Assembly (NCBI GenBank): GCA_010909165.1
Contig: MU008158.1
Span: 432,581-496,580, forward strand
Direction of reading: 5' to 3'
DNA length: 64,000 nt
Source: Anthoceros angustus
Taxonomy: Eukaryota; Plantae; Anthocerotophyta
A program made the position numbers and the translations under genes. This document shows positions 62,170-64,000 of this stretch, piece after piece. The notes beneath the pieces are model-generated. The model saw only the letters and a program-made list of their open reading frames with translations. It was not told where the DNA came from and searched no databases. The number at the start of each line of letters is the position of its first letter. The first letter of the stretch is position 1.

Positions 62170-64000
62170 GATGACGCCACCATCGCTGCACCTTGGTGGT
62201 GGACGCCGCAATCGCCGAATAACCGCGACATGTGGGCATCCGACACAATGCGCCCCGAGGTGCAATCTGAGTGGCCACCGCGCACTGTAGTCGATGTGCC
62301 ATGCGGCCGCCGCACCGATCTGATACCGAGGCCGCGGGCGCAAGGGGAGCATGGTGGTCGGTCGAGGGAACGGAGGAGTCGGCCGCATGGCGTAAAACAT
62401 TCTTGGCGGTGGAGCGCTGACACCGCCGAACGCAGTGCGGGAGGGGAGGCATCCCAGCAGCGGCCGCCCACCTGCAGATGAGGTGCTCTTTTTCGAGATA
62501 CTGGGTCGCCTGCAGGAGAAGGCTGGTATGGCCGAGGCGGAAGTGACGCCGCCCGCACGCTGCAGAACAAGATAGCACGAACCTACCGATATCACGATTC
62601 ACCGGTGCAAAGGATGGATGGGATGGAATTGTTCGACACAGCCACCATACAAGGGTTTTTCGCAAGAAGGGCTTCACCAGCTGCGGGATTGGTGCGACTG
62701 CTGGAGGACCTGGATGACAGACTGGACCTTGGGACAGCCACGGAGGAAGAGTTGCAGCAGATGCGGAGGACCACCAATCTGAGGTCCGCAATAGACGAGG
62801 AGGAGATGCTGCAACTGCACCGCAGCCACATCACTTGGGTGGAATCCAATGCACCCCGATCCCGGATCGAGGATGGCGGCGGCCCAATGATGGTATGCGG
62901 CGCGCGAAGAAGCGCGAGGCGATGGCGAGATGCAGCGGTTTGCGGTGACGGAGAAGGCATCAGGCGTCAGACGAGCGAGCGTGATTTGAGGACCACCTAA
63001 CACTGCGGTCATGGAGCCGCAGACATGTAAGCCTATGGGAAGGAAGAGGCGGACCATTTCACCGCGGGTGCTGTATGACACTGGTATGGGGATCGAGGAG
63101 GTGTTCCGGAGGTTGGCATTGTGGACGGGCGGGCCAACACGGCATCACGAGGCATGGAGGCGGTTCGGGAGTCGCCGGCATTTGTGGACGGTGTGTTTGA
63201 AGCGGAATGTCACGGGGCACCAATACCACATCGCGGACCGGTGGTGGGATCGCGCCGCAATGACGGCCATGACGTGTGGGCATCGACACAATGCCGGTCC
63301 CCGAGGTGCAAAGCTGAGTCGCCAGCGCCGCAGTCAGCCATGTGCGGCGGCGGTGGCGCATCCGGCGGATACCGGGCCGCGGGCGCAAGGGGAGCATGGT
63401 GGTGGTCGGCGGGAGCAGGAGGAGTCTCTGGCCGCATGGCGTAAAACATTCTTGGCGGTGGAGGAGCTCCATCCGCCCGCCGCGGGAGGAGGCATCATGG
63501 CGGCGGCCGCCCAGATGAGGTGCTCTTTTGATATCTTGGGTCGCTGCAGGAGAAGGTAGTATGGCCAGGCGGAAGCGACGCCGGGCTGCAAAAGGTGATC
63601 GAGAACGCGAGCGAACTCGGTGATGGCTGGCAGGTGCAAAGGATGGATGGGATGGAATTGTTGACCACCATACAAGGATTTTTCAAGGAGGGCTTCACCG
63701 GTGATTGGCGTGCTGGAGGACTGGATGTGACGACCTTGGGACCACGGAGGAAGAGTTGCAGATGCGGAGGACCACCAATCGAGGTTCGCAATAGGCGAGG
63801 AGGAGATGCTACAGCGCACATCACATGGGTGGAATCCAATGCACACGATCCGGTTCGAGGATGGCGGCCCATGATGGTATGCGGTGCGCTTCTGACTGCC
63901 GAAGCGCCGAGCAGACGAGATCTGGCGGTTTGCTGACGGCGGATAAGGCATGCGATTCGCATCGGCGGAGCGTCGATTTGAGGACCACCTAACACTGCGG
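62170..64000 (+). repeat. ~1-kb tandem duplicated coding-like unit (2 copies, runs to the window edge)
   Basis: gggcgcaaggggagcatggtggt at ~62336 and ~63381. ggtgcaaaggatggatgggatggaattgtt at ~62603 and ~63633. gatttgaggaccacctaacactgcgg at ~62983 and ~63975. Confidence 0.85.

Overview
This is eukaryotic plant nuclear DNA. Compact GC-rich genes with roughly 80-300 bp GT-AG introns suggest a non-seed land plant such as a hornwort, but that is inference only. The window has two halves. (1) About 1-27 kb is gene-dense with intact spliced genes: an ACT-domain STY8/17/46-like kinase, two PMEI-PME pectin methylesterases, a plastid DCC (DxxCxxC) protein, ESF2/ABT1, a small plastid membrane protein, and a His-rich Root_cap/LEA-related protein with a truncated duplicate. 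It also has a 5'-truncated LINE. (2) About 27-64 kb is transposon-rich and heavily frameshifted; many indels look like unpolished long-read errors. It contains a Sola2-like DDD transposase converging on a RING/heptad-repeat gene that shares the transposase C-terminal domain, an IS3EU-like integrase, a full-length Ty3/Gypsy element with ~2.6 kb LTRs and a tRNA-Asp PBS, and tandem copies of an unknown ORF family whose inverted paralog lies next to the IS3EU-like integrase. The most interesting candidates are the two-gene Sola2/RING module, the IS3EU-like element in a plant, and possible promoter capture in the PME/root-cap duplication. All assignments come from motif recognition by eye; no searches were run.
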